64,000 bases of DNA from contig JBFLWK010000001.1 of assembly GCA_040757695.1 (NCBI GenBank), positions 89,758 through 153,757 of the forward strand, read 5' to 3'. Position 1 is the stretch's first letter; each line of letters begins with the position of its first letter. Of this stretch, positions 33,867-43,022 are shown piece by piece. A model generated the notes under the pieces. It made no database searches and was not told where the DNA came from. It saw only the letters and a program-made list of their open reading frames with translations. A program made the position numbers and the translations under genes. This DNA comes from Elusimicrobiota bacterium. GTDB lineage: Bacteria; Elusimicrobiota; UBA8919.

Positions 33867-36539
33867 TTAATCGCCGAACAGTTTATCAAATATGTTTTTT
33901 TTCTTACCCTCCACATCACCCTTTTTTTTGGCTTCTTCCTGTTGTTTTACCTGCCATTCTAACAGTCGTTTTTTTAACATCTCGTTTTCTTTAAGTACTG
34001 TTTGATATTTAATCTGCCAGTTTGTTTCAGTCAACATTATTTGTTTTTTAAGTGATGCTGTTTGGCTTTCTAACTCCTCAATTTTCTTATTTAATATCTT
34101 TTTCTGTTCCTCTATTCCTTGCCGGACAAGTTTTTCTATTTCATTAGTTTTTTCTTGTAGTATCTGTTGTTTTTCTTGCTGTAGATTAAATATCTTTTCA
34201 TTCAGTGAGATTCGCTCATCATTCATTTTCTTGTGTAATATTTCCGTTTCGGTTTCAACCTGCGAGAGCCGGTTTAGAAGTTCCTGTTCTTTCTGTTTCG
34301 TTTTTTCAATATGTTTCTCGTTTTCTGCCTGTTGATTTATAAGCATTTGCTCAAATTTTTGCTTCTCAACATTCGCGGATTCTCGCAGTTTTATTATTTG
34401 CATTTGCTCTATCTGTAATTGTTCTTTAACCGTTTTGAGAAGTTGTTCGCGCTTTTCTATTTCAATTTGCCAATTAGCATCTTTCTGGATTATTACTGCT
34501 TCTAATTCATTCTGTTGTGTTACATCTTTTTCTACAACACTCTTTAATCTGTTTATTTCTGCTCTTAATTCATTTATTGTCTGCTTTTTTTCTTCAAACT
34601 CTTTTCGCCAGTGTTCGTCGTTTTGCTTGAACTCCTGTATAAGTGCTAATTTTTCTTTTTCATTATTATCTATTCTGTTTTTGAAACTATTTATTATTCG
34701 TTCCTTTTCCTCTTTCTCTATTTGATACTGTGTTGCTTTTTCTCGTTCAACCAAAATTATCCCGCCCAATTTGTTTAAATCCTCGTCGGTATGTTTTATT
34801 TCCTGTTGTAATTGTTTTATCTTCTGTTCAAAACTCTGCACGATGGTATCTTTTGATTGTAATTGCTCATTGAGCAGTTTTATTGTCAGGTCTTTTTTTT
34901 GCAACTCAGTTTGAAGTTGGAAGGTCTGCTGTAACATTTCTGTTTCTAATTTTTTTATTTCGTCTTCTTTAAGGTTAAGTTTGGCAACCAACTGACTATT
35001 ATTTTCAAGCATTTGATTTTTCAGAGTATAGATTTCTACCTCTTTATTTTCTACTGTTGTTTCTAACTCTTTTAATTGGTTTTCTAATGTTTTGAGCATC
35101 TGGTCTCGTTTCTGAAGTTCAATTTGTAACTGTGTATCTTTCTGTAATATCTCGGTTCCTAATTCACCTTTTTGTTTGATATTTTCTTCTATTGTCTTTT
35201 TTAGTTTACTGATTTCACTCCGTAACTCATCTATTGTTTGTTTTTTCTCTTCAAACCCTTTTCGCCAGCGTTCGTCGTTTTCCTTAAATTCCTGTAAAAG
35301 TGTCTGATTCTCTTGCCCTAATTCTACTATCCGTTTGCTTAAATTGCTTATTTCTTTCTCTTTCGCTTCATGCTCTACACACCATTGCGAAACCTTTTGC
35401 ACTAGTTCTAAATCTAACTCTGCCCGTTGTTGCTCTAATTTGTTCGTTTTTAACTGCCAATCTCTATCATGTTCTTCTAATGTTTTATTAAATGTCTCAC
35501 GCACTTCTTTTATCTGTTTTTTTAATGTTTCTATTTCCTGTTCTTTCTGTTGAACCGTCCCTTGAAACTGGTCATTAATTACATCTTTTTCTCTATCATA
35601 TTTCTCACGCTCGGCTAAAATTATTGCACCTAATCTGTTCAAGTCGTTTTTCTCTCGGTTTAATTCTGTCTGTAATTGTTTTTCTTTTTCGTCAAAACCC
35701 TGTATAAGCGAGCTTTTCTCTTTTTCAAACTCTTTTTTTAACTGCGAACTCTCTATTTCAACCATTTGTAATTTGTCGTTCAGTAATTTTATTGTTTGCT
35801 CTTTTTTCTGCAACTCGGTTTGAAGTTGAAAATTCTGCTGTAACATTTCTGTTTCTAACACACTTTTTTCTTTTATTATAATACCGAGATTTTTATGTGT
35901 TTCGTTTAATTCTTTGCGTAGTTCATCAATTTCTTGCTGTCTGTTCTGCAGACCTTCCTGCCAGCGGTTCTCTTTTTGAACAAATTTATCTATCAGTGAG
36001 TCCTTCTCTTTATCAAAATTATCTTGTAACTCTTTTTCACGAGTTCTGATTTTCCCTAATGCTTCAACTCGGATTTCTTCCCGCTGTCTATCCAGTTTCC
36101 TAATTTCTTCTTCTTTTAGTTGAAATACATCCTGCCAGTGCTTGTTATTTTCAAAAATCTGGGTTTTGAGATTCTGGATTTCAATATCTTTATGTTTAAT
36201 TTTTGTCATTAACTCTGTGATTTCCTGTTTGTATGGTATTTCTATCTCTTTAACTTTTGTCTCTGCTTCTGCCAATTTTTGGGTTATTTGAATTTGTTGC
36301 GATTTAATTTTTTGTATTTCATCTGACCATTGTATCAGTTTGTCTTCTAATTCTTTAACTATATCTGACAGGATTCTTTTAATATTTGTTGCAACTGCAA
36401 AAGCACGAATATCAGTATCAGATTTCCCGGGTTTTGTTATTTTTTCTTCGGTATAACCAAAACCAGTTTTCATTTTGGTTTTTATTTCTAACAGCAAGGC
36501 GTCTATCTCGTCTTTATATTTTTCCATAATTATTTCCAA
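33867..36539 (-). CDS. 890-aa coiled-coil protein with ~100-aa internal repeats (Q/E/K-rich), inserted between acsC and the RACo gene
   Basis: Heptad-rich sequence throughout. Repeated blocks: ETEMLQQNFQLQTELQKKEQTIKLLNDKLQ / ETEMLQQTFQLQTELQKKDLTIKLLNEQLQ, and RWQEGLQNRQQEIDELRKEL / RWRKGFEEKKQTIDELRSEI / HWRKEFEEKKQTINELRAEI. No enzymatic motif. Confidence 0.6.
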   Translation of the reverse strand: MEIIMEKYKDEIDALLLEIKTKMKTGFGYTEEKITKPGKSDTDIRAFAVATNIKRILSDIVKELEDKLIQWSDEIQKIKSQQIQITQKLAEAETKVKEIEIPYKQEITELMTKIKHKDIEIQNLKTQIFENNKHWQDVFQLKEEEIRKLDRQREEIRVEALGKIRTREKELQDNFDKEKDSLIDKFVQKENRWQEGLQNRQQEIDELRKELNETHKNLGIIIKEKSVLETEMLQQNFQLQTELQKKEQTIKLLNDKLQMVEIESSQLKKEFEKEKSSLIQGFDEKEKQLQTELNREKNDLNRLGAIILAEREKYDREKDVINDQFQGTVQQKEQEIETLKKQIKEVRETFNKTLEEHDRDWQLKTNKLEQQRAELDLELVQKVSQWCVEHEAKEKEISNLSKRIVELGQENQTLLQEFKENDERWRKGFEEKKQTIDELRSEISKLKKTIEENIKQKGELGTEILQKDTQLQIELQKRDQMLKTLENQLKELETTVENKEVEIYTLKNQMLENNSQLVAKLNLKEDEIKKLETEMLQQTFQLQTELQKKDLTIKLLNEQLQSKDTIVQSFEQKIKQLQQEIKHTDEDLNKLGGIILVEREKATQYQIEKEEKERIINSFKNRIDNNEKEKLALIQEFKQNDEHWRKEFEEKKQTINELRAEINRLKSVVEKDVTQQNELEAVIIQKDANWQIEIEKREQLLKTVKEQLQIEQMQIIKLRESANVEKQKFEQMLINQQAENEKHIEKTKQKEQELLNRLSQVETETEILHKKMNDERISLNEKIFNLQQEKQQILQEKTNEIEKLVRQGIEEQKKILNKKIEELESQTASLKKQIMLTETNWQIKYQTVLKENEMLKKRLLEWQVKQQEEAKKKGDVEGKKKNIFDKLFGD

Positions 36540-37843
36540 ACAGTTTTCAGATATTTTGGAATACCTGACGCTTCCTTAGGCCCAACCAGAACCTGCCAGC
36601 CGGTAGTATCTTCCAATTTCCCGCTCATCACGGAGACATATCCGGGAATGATTATTTTTTTATGTGAGACCTTACTTGCAATTTCCGTTTTTTTCATCCA
36701 GGTATCAACTATTTCAGCATTAAACTTATCCGCAGCCCAAGCAGTTAAAACAGACATACCATCGGAATCACAGACCAGAAGCCACGCAGGCATTTTTGAG
36801 TTTTCTACTTCAGGCACGACGGTAAAAAATGTTAACGAAAAGTTTGTTGTAACTAAAAAAGGTGATTGAGCATCAGGTGTGCCAATGGTATAAAGTTTGG
36901 GCTCCATCATTATAGGTTTCTGCGGGTCAGTATAGATATTAAGCCGAAGTGTAATCAACGGCAGGATATCTTCAACTTTATCGGTTTCTACAACAAGTAT
37001 GTTCGCATATTTTGTAATATATGTTGACGCTTCAAATATATCTTTGGCAAATGCAAGGACAGGATAGCCAAGCGGTCTAAAATTCTTTTTTAGTGCCAGC
37101 CGTCTGATTTGTGTAAAATCCTGCACACATTTTGATAGTTCCCGAGAACCGCAATCAAGCACAATATCTTTAATACCTGATGAAGATGCCTTTTGAGAAA
37201 GTGAAACAAGTTTTTCAATATTTTCTCCATATACGCAAATCGGTACTTTATACTTTTTTGCCAATCCGAACATTTGTTCGGATTGCTTTTCAGTTGCACA
37301 ATAAATCAGTGGTTTTTTTTGAGAAATATTTTTCAGCACCTCATCTATTGCCGTCGGATTTTCACTAATAAGAATTAAAGGCAATTTTATTTTATCAGAA
37401 AGTTCTTTTGATATATCTGCGAATTTTGATATATCATTTGAAACATTTTTAACCGCAACAAGGTCTATGCTAACCAGCATTCCAACTCTTTCAAACTGAA
37501 GTTTTTTTATTTTTTCTATTTTAGTTGAAAGATTGGGCTCGTTATCGGCGACAGATACAGCAATCGCTGTTGGATGATAGAATGTTTTTTCATGACGGAA
37601 AAGCACTGTCTCGCCACCGATTTCTACTTTTTTTTCACCTTCGCCAATTGTGATTGTTGCCATTGGTGGAAGCGATGCGGACTCTAAAAGTTGTTTTGCC
37701 TGTTCAGTTACATCCGGACATTTATCCAGCGTAGTTTTTTTTCCAGCGAGTGCCATTGCAAATGCCAGACAGGTAGGGAATCCACATTTTTTACAATTTG
37801 TTTTTGGCAGATGTTTGTAAATATCAAGCCCTGAAAGCGCCAT
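36530..37843 (-). CDS. acsC: Corrinoid iron-sulfur protein large subunit (CODH/ACS gamma subunit)
   Basis: N-terminal [4Fe-4S] motif CKKCGFPTCLAFAMALAGKKTTLDKC; TIM-barrel and C-terminal B12-binding Rossmann region; 437 aa. Confidence 0.75.
   Translation of the reverse strand: MALSGLDIYKHLPKTNCKKCGFPTCLAFAMALAGKKTTLDKCPDVTEQAKQLLESASLPPMATITIGEGEKKVEIGGETVLFRHEKTFYHPTAIAVSVADNEPNLSTKIEKIKKLQFERVGMLVSIDLVAVKNVSNDISKFADISKELSDKIKLPLILISENPTAIDEVLKNISQKKPLIYCATEKQSEQMFGLAKKYKVPICVYGENIEKLVSLSQKASSSGIKDIVLDCGSRELSKCVQDFTQIRRLALKKNFRPLGYPVLAFAKDIFEASTYITKYANILVVETDKVEDILPLITLRLNIYTDPQKPIMMEPKLYTIGTPDAQSPFLVTTNFSLTFFTVVPEVENSKMPAWLLVCDSDGMSVLTAWAADKFNAEIVDTWMKKTEIASKVSHKKIIIPGYVSVMSGKLEDTTGWQVLVGPKEASGIPKYLKTVWK
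37263..37284. promoter_or_regulatory. Single 22-nt palindrome AATCCGAACATTTGTTCGGATT (Cheo-box-like core) inside acsC coding sequence
   Basis: Read from the sequence; it encodes ...SEQMFGL in frame. Confidence 0.4.
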
Positions 37844-37871
37844 AAAATCCCTCCAAAAAATTATATGAGTT

Positions 37872-40424
37872 TTATGCTTCTTTCAATGCGGATTTTTCTT
37901 CAGCAGTACGATCTCGCATAGACAACGCGCCTGATAAACATTTTTGAACACAGATACTGCAACCGATACATTTTTCCGGGTCGGTTACTGGATGTTTATC
38001 TTTATCAAATGAGATTGCCTGATATGAACATCTTGTGCAGTTCCCACAGGAAAGACATATATCTGTATTACAGGTTGATATTTTTTTTACCGGTGATAGA
38101 GCCATAAAATCAGTAATCGGCTTTGGCAGTGCGATTCCTATTAGTTCTTTCATTGATTTTATTCCGCGTTCTTTCATCAGGTAACTTGTCCCACTAACAA
38201 GTTCGTCAAAGATTGAGTACCCGTTTTTCATTACGATTGTGCAGAACTGTACCGTTTTACAGCCAAGTGCAAGAAAGTTACAAGCTGCCTTGTAATTCAT
38301 AGGTCCACCATTGCCTGAAACCGCAACACCTAAATGTGAAACATTTGCCAGAGTTAAATAACTTATTGGTAACACCCCTTCACCGCTCATCCCGACAATA
38401 ATTCCTTCTTCCCAATTTGTTTTATTACCCGGTCTAATACACAAAGTTGGGAAAGTATTGGCAAGTGTAATACCAGCTTTTTTATTTGGATATTTAGCAA
38501 AAACTTTTTTTATTGCGTTGATGATTACTGCGATTGAGGTAACCGCTGCAGTTAATTTGAAAAGTTTCGGAATCTCAGGATTACTTATCTCCATAATCCA
38601 GTCAATAATTTTGGCAGTTAATGCTGCATTCTGCGAGACGATATCGCCTTCAGTTCCATCGCCACCCTGCGGGCAGGAAAGCGAGTATTCAATTCCCATC
38701 ACACCGGCATTTTCAAGTTTTTTGGTGTTTGATTGCCAGCCTTTTTTATCGTTTTCATCATTACATGTAACAGGCCCGCCTGTAGAAGCCATTGTAAGCC
38801 GGTCAGGAAATTCTTTAACTAATTTCTGGACTTCTCGGCAAACCCTGTCAAGCGGATGACCTGAAACATTATCGCAATTTCCATATGTTAAATTATTAAA
38901 CAGATGCATATATTCACCAGGGATATGGATTGGGACATTATCAAATGCGGTTTTCATTATCCCACCAGACCAGCCGGCTTCATAACCTTTTTTCATCTGC
39001 TCGTAACCGTCAGATGGTGGTGCAGCAGAAAGCAAAAACGGTGATGATATTTTTCTGTCAAAAAAGTCAGTTTCAAGTGAAACAGGCAGATGAACATACC
39101 CTTTAAGCACCGTTGTGTTTTTTACTTTATTCTCAATTTTTGGTTTTTTAATATTATTTACGAATGCATCAATTTCTAATGCTGCGTTTTTACCAGCAGC
39201 AACTGCTTCTACAACAGTTGTTGGTCCTTGAATACAATCACCTGAATAAAAGACAGTGGGATTATCCGTGTTATTCAATTTTGCTTTTGCACCAATTGCT
39301 ACTATAACTGTTGATATATCCGTTCGGGTTTGTTCGGTATCAGGAATTTCTTTTATGTCTTTGAGGTTAAACTTTACACCTTTAGGTAGTGATACTTTGA
39401 TTGTTTTTAAGCCAGCGATAGCATTACCTTTTTTAAGAATTGAACCAACTTTTGTTCTGCCGGTCAGTTCTATATTGTTTTCCAAAAGTTCGTTCATTTC
39501 TTTTGGTGTAAGTGGCATTTCACCGACGGTTTCTAATGCAATCATTTCAACATTAGTAGCACCATTTAGTTTCGCAATCATCGCACAATCCGCTGCGGTT
39601 GCACCACCACCAATCACTGCAACTTTACTATTCGCTTCGCTCTTAAATTTATATTTCTTTGGGTTTCTTAAATAATCCAAACCAACAATAGCGAGGTCTT
39701 CATTTTCTATACCTAATTTGATTGGTTCTGTAAGCCCGACTGCTACGAGAACTGCATCATAACCACCTGTTTTTTCAAGCAATGTATCCGGATTTTCTAT
39801 CTCTGAATTCAATTTTAGATTTATATCACCCAGCGATGTTAGAAATTTTATATCTTCTTGAAGCATCTCTTTTGTAAGCCGATATTCCGGGATAAGATTA
39901 CACATTCCGCCAGCAACTTTTTCTTTTTCGTAGATATCAACTTTGTAACCGAGTGTGCCGAGTAGTGACGCAGCACCTAACCCAGCAGGACCTGAACCTA
40001 TTATTGCCACTTTTTTGCCATTTGATTTCGGCTTGACAAATTCTGCTATTTCGCCTAACTCTCTTGCTTTTTTTACAATTGTCGCCTGCACTGCTGGGAT
40101 ATTAACTGCAGAATCAAATTTTTTATGCACACAGGCAGCCATACAGAACCGGTCAGGACAGACCAACCCGCACACACCACCGAGTGGATTATTTTTCATT
40201 ATTTGTGCCGCAGACCGTTTTATATCTGAACTGCTAAAAATACTGGCAGCCATAATGAAATCAGCTGCAGAGCAATCGCAGGGACATTTATCCTTGCAAG
40301 GTTTCTCCTCGCAGAATTCACATTTAGCAAATTCATTTTTTAACTGTGCATCCGTCAAAAAAAATTTTTCATCAAGTTTAGCAACCATATTTTCTCCAAT
40401 CATAGCGCACCTCTGAAATGTCAT
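37872..40424 (-). CDS. Dihydropyrimidine-dehydrogenase-like fused oxidoreductase: GltD-like Fe-S/FAD/NAD(P)H module + DHODH-like FMN TIM barrel + 2×[4Fe-4S] ferredoxin domain. The start is probably an internal Met, since the first codons overlap an IR element.
   Basis: Cys-rich N-terminus CEFCEEKPCKDKCPCDC...GVCGLVCP...FCMAAC; dinucleotide folds VAIIGSGPAGLGAA and VAVIGGGATAADCA; C-terminal ferredoxin motifs CLSCGNCTRC and CIGCSICVQKC. Confidence 0.7.
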   Translation of the reverse strand: MTFQRCAMIGENMVAKLDEKFFLTDAQLKNEFAKCEFCEEKPCKDKCPCDCSAADFIMAASIFSSSDIKRSAAQIMKNNPLGGVCGLVCPDRFCMAACVHKKFDSAVNIPAVQATIVKKARELGEIAEFVKPKSNGKKVAIIGSGPAGLGAASLLGTLGYKVDIYEKEKVAGGMCNLIPEYRLTKEMLQEDIKFLTSLGDINLKLNSEIENPDTLLEKTGGYDAVLVAVGLTEPIKLGIENEDLAIVGLDYLRNPKKYKFKSEANSKVAVIGGGATAADCAMIAKLNGATNVEMIALETVGEMPLTPKEMNELLENNIELTGRTKVGSILKKGNAIAGLKTIKVSLPKGVKFNLKDIKEIPDTEQTRTDISTVIVAIGAKAKLNNTDNPTVFYSGDCIQGPTTVVEAVAAGKNAALEIDAFVNNIKKPKIENKVKNTTVLKGYVHLPVSLETDFFDRKISSPFLLSAAPPSDGYEQMKKGYEAGWSGGIMKTAFDNVPIHIPGEYMHLFNNLTYGNCDNVSGHPLDRVCREVQKLVKEFPDRLTMASTGGPVTCNDENDKKGWQSNTKKLENAGVMGIEYSLSCPQGGDGTEGDIVSQNAALTAKIIDWIMEISNPEIPKLFKLTAAVTSIAVIINAIKKVFAKYPNKKAGITLANTFPTLCIRPGNKTNWEEGIIVGMSGEGVLPISYLTLANVSHLGVAVSGNGGPMNYKAACNFLALGCKTVQFCTIVMKNGYSIFDELVSGTSYLMKERGIKSMKELIGIALPKPITDFMALSPVKKISTCNTDICLSCGNCTRCSYQAISFDKDKHPVTDPEKCIGCSICVQKCLSGALSMRDRTAEEKSALKEA

Positions 40425-40495
40425 TGCGAGGGCACTGAAAGTGACCGTGGCAATCCCATATTAAGATTGCTTCGGGCTTTGCCCTCGCATCATTC
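40419..40495. repeat. Inverted-repeat element TGTCATTGCGAGGGCACTGAAAGTGACCGTGGCAATC ... GATTGCTTCGGGCTTTGCCCTCGCATCATTC
   Basis: The arms share GTCATTGCGAGGGCA and GCAATC in opposite orientation. Related in design, and partly in sequence (GTCATT...GAGC/GAGG...AATC), to the element at 7232-7313. Confidence 0.6.
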
Positions 40496-40526
40496 TATTA
40501 TTCTTATCAATAAGTTGCCTTTTTTT

Positions 40527-40928
40527 TCATTTGAGTAATAACAGTATACCACAACCAATCGCTAGTAACCCGCAGACGCGTGCTAACCAGATTGAGATTC
40601 TTACTCCACACATTGCCACTGTCTCTGGTGTTGCAAATGGGAACAATATTGTCAACACACCAAGAAATATGACGGTAATATTAAATGCTGTTTGTATACC
40701 AACGGTTCCAAAAATTATAATTGCAATGATTGAGCCGAGAACAAGTAGCAAGAAAAGAATAGCATATTTTGTGACATATTCTGCAAATCTTCTGAAATTA
40801 CTTTCGTATTCTGGCAGAATATAAAACGTTCGTTCCTGAGGTTTTAAACCAATTCTATTCGGCACTTTTACTATAATTTCTTTTAAGTTATCACTTTTTC
40901 TATTTGTCCAAATACATCGTTTCTTCAT
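40527..40928 (-). CDS. Small membrane protein (3-4 TM helices)
   Basis: Hydrophobic profile only. Confidence 0.3.
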   Translation of the reverse strand: MKKRCIWTNRKSDNLKEIIVKVPNRIGLKPQERTFYILPEYESNFRRFAEYVTKYAILFLLLVLGSIIAIIIFGTVGIQTAFNITVIFLGVLTILFPFATPETVAMCGVRISIWLARVCGLLAIGCGILLLLK

Positions 40929-40959
40929 CTTCTTAAATCCTTTCTTTTGTGTCCCATAT

Positions 40960-42195
40960 TCACAAATACTGATTTCTTAGCGCAATGGGAATATTATATC
41001 TGCGGAGTTTGATATCAGCAAATTTTTCTTCTGATACATCTTTTTCTGAAAGAATTAAGTTATTCATAAACCCGCTGCCTGTGACATCGCCGACATTGAT
41101 ATAGCCAACTAATTTATCATCTTTAAGCACAAATTTTTTATATTTATTTGCCGTGTTAACAACAACCTCTTTGAAACCTTCTTCTTTGGGACGAGAAATA
41201 CCAAAAGAAACCGCAGGGATACCAAAAAATTCACCGATATTCATCGCATATCCACCTTCATAGCTAATTTTTTCACCTGCCATATTTAGCCCGGCAATTT
41301 TTCCCTGTACAACAGCATTAGGCCACATAGCATTGATACGGTTATCTTCATAGAGTGAATCCCATCCTTGTGCAACATCGCCTGCCGCAAAAATATCCGG
41401 GATGTTTGTATTGAGGTATTTATCTACAATTACTCCGCGGTCAACTTTTACACCTGAACCTTTAAGAAAATCAATGTTGGGCTTCACTCCTTTACCGACA
41501 ACTACAAGTTCGCAAATTATTTTCGTACCATCATTAAGTATAACACCTGATACAGATTCTTTGCCAAAAATCTCTTTTACATCAGTATTAAATTTTATTT
41601 CAATTCCTAATGATTCTGCTTTTTTTTGAACTATTGCTGAAGCCTCGTTATCAAGCATCTGTGAAAGCAGCCGATTTGAAGCAACAACGATTGTTACTTT
41701 TAGTCCTCTTTTTATTAAGGAATAAGCTGCTTTGCAAGAAACAAGCCCACCACCGATAATTATTGCTCTTTTTGTCTTTGCAATCCGTTTAACTATCGCA
41801 TTAGCATCTTCAATAGTTCTCAAACCAAACACACCGCTAAGTTTTATTCCAGGTATATCAGGAAAGGTTGGTGTAGCGCCGGTTGCTATTAGCAGTTTAT
41901 CGTAAGAAATTTTTTTGCCATCATCAATTTGAATCTTTTTTTCTTTTACAAAAAGTGTTTTGACCTTTTTTCCAAGTAAATGCTTGATTTTGAATTCATC
42001 ATAGAAATTCCGGGGTCGCATTAACATTTCATTTTCTGTTATTTCGCCTGCAATATAACTGCTTGTAAAAATGCGACAATAAGGTCCGAATCGCTCATCG
42101 GAGATAATCGTAATCTCGCTTTTTTTAGCCGTTGACCTTATTACCTCGGCAGCGGTTACGCCAGCCGCACTGTTTCCTATAATAACATATTTCAT
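40960..42195 (-). CDS. FAD-dependent pyridine-nucleotide-disulfide oxidoreductase family protein (NADH oxidase / rubredoxin- or ferredoxin-reductase-like). The start is probably the Met of MKYVIIGNSAAG.
   Basis: Two Rossmann motifs (VIIGNSAAGVTAA; AIIIGGGLVSCKAA) and a C-terminal AAGDVA FAD motif. Confidence 0.7.
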   Translation of the reverse strand: MKYVIIGNSAAGVTAAEVIRSTAKKSEITIISDERFGPYCRIFTSSYIAGEITENEMLMRPRNFYDEFKIKHLLGKKVKTLFVKEKKIQIDDGKKISYDKLLIATGATPTFPDIPGIKLSGVFGLRTIEDANAIVKRIAKTKRAIIIGGGLVSCKAAYSLIKRGLKVTIVVASNRLLSQMLDNEASAIVQKKAESLGIEIKFNTDVKEIFGKESVSGVILNDGTKIICELVVVGKGVKPNIDFLKGSGVKVDRGVIVDKYLNTNIPDIFAAGDVAQGWDSLYEDNRINAMWPNAVVQGKIAGLNMAGEKISYEGGYAMNIGEFFGIPAVSFGISRPKEEGFKEVVVNTANKYKKFVLKDDKLVGYINVGDVTGSGFMNNLILSEKDVSEEKFADIKLRRYNIPIALRNQYL

Positions 42196-42306
42196 TGTTC
42201 GCTTTCGCTCCATCACGAATATAACCAAATAATAACCGAATTAAACCAAATATTCGGTTATATTCGGTGTTATTATTTGGTTTTCATTCGGGTTTTGTTT
42301 CGCGTT

Positions 42307-42612
42307 TTATTCCAGCATATAATCTTCAAACGGGATTTTTTTCTTTCTTAAATCCTCTTTCCACTTTTCTTTAGCTTGTGGCATTTTTTGTTTTGACATT
42401 TTTACCCATTTTGAGTTGGGCGGTGAAAATTGTTCAACTGCAGTTTGATACCACACATATGCCATCTTCCAGTCGTTATTTGCGGCTGCTTTTTCTGCTT
42501 CTTGGTAAGAATGTCTTGCACGAAACCAGACATCAAGATATATCATAACATACATTACAACTACTGTTAAAATTACTGTAACCGCAGTTCTAACCCATTT
42601 TTTGTTAAACAT
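42307..42612 (-). CDS. Small membrane-anchored protein
   Basis: 101 aa, one N-terminal TM helix, charged C-terminus. Confidence 0.25.
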   Translation of the reverse strand: MFNKKWVRTAVTVILTVVVMYVMIYLDVWFRARHSYQEAEKAAANNDWKMAYVWYQTAVEQFSPPNSKWVKMSKQKMPQAKEKWKEDLRKKKIPFEDYMLE

Positions 42613-43015
42613 TGTTCCTCCTTTCGGTTTCTAAAACTTTTTTTATGTCTAAAACAAGGTTCGCTATATCTATCGGCTTGGAGTAAAAACCTTTTACATT
42701 CGGCTGCGACTTTAAGAACTCGTAGGTTGTTCCGTCGGTAAATTTACCGGTAATAATCATAACCGGTATTTCTTTTGTAGTTTCGTTTTGCTGAAGATTC
42801 TTTAGCACCTGAAATCCACCCTGCTTGGGCAACATCAAATCAAGAATTATTATATCGGGCTTGAGATTTTCAACTTTCAGTAGCGCTTCTGTTCCATCGT
42901 AAGCAACAAAAACAGTAAGGTTTTCTCTTGAAAGAATATGCTTGAACAGTTCTACAATATTTTCATCATCATCAACAACAAGTACTTTTTTGCTTACCAA
43001 ATTTTTTAACTGCAT
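42605..43015 (-). CDS. Single-domain response regulator (CheY-like receiver)
   Basis: KVLVVDDDENIVELF...DIIILDLMLPKQGG...KPIDI; phospho-acceptor Asp in LDLMLP. Confidence 0.8.
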   Translation of the reverse strand: MQLKNLVSKKVLVVDDDENIVELFKHILSRENLTVFVAYDGTEALLKVENLKPDIIILDLMLPKQGGFQVLKNLQQNETTKEIPVMIITGKFTDGTTYEFLKSQPNVKGFYSKPIDIANLVLDIKKVLETERRNNV

Positions 43016-43022
43016 CTATGTA

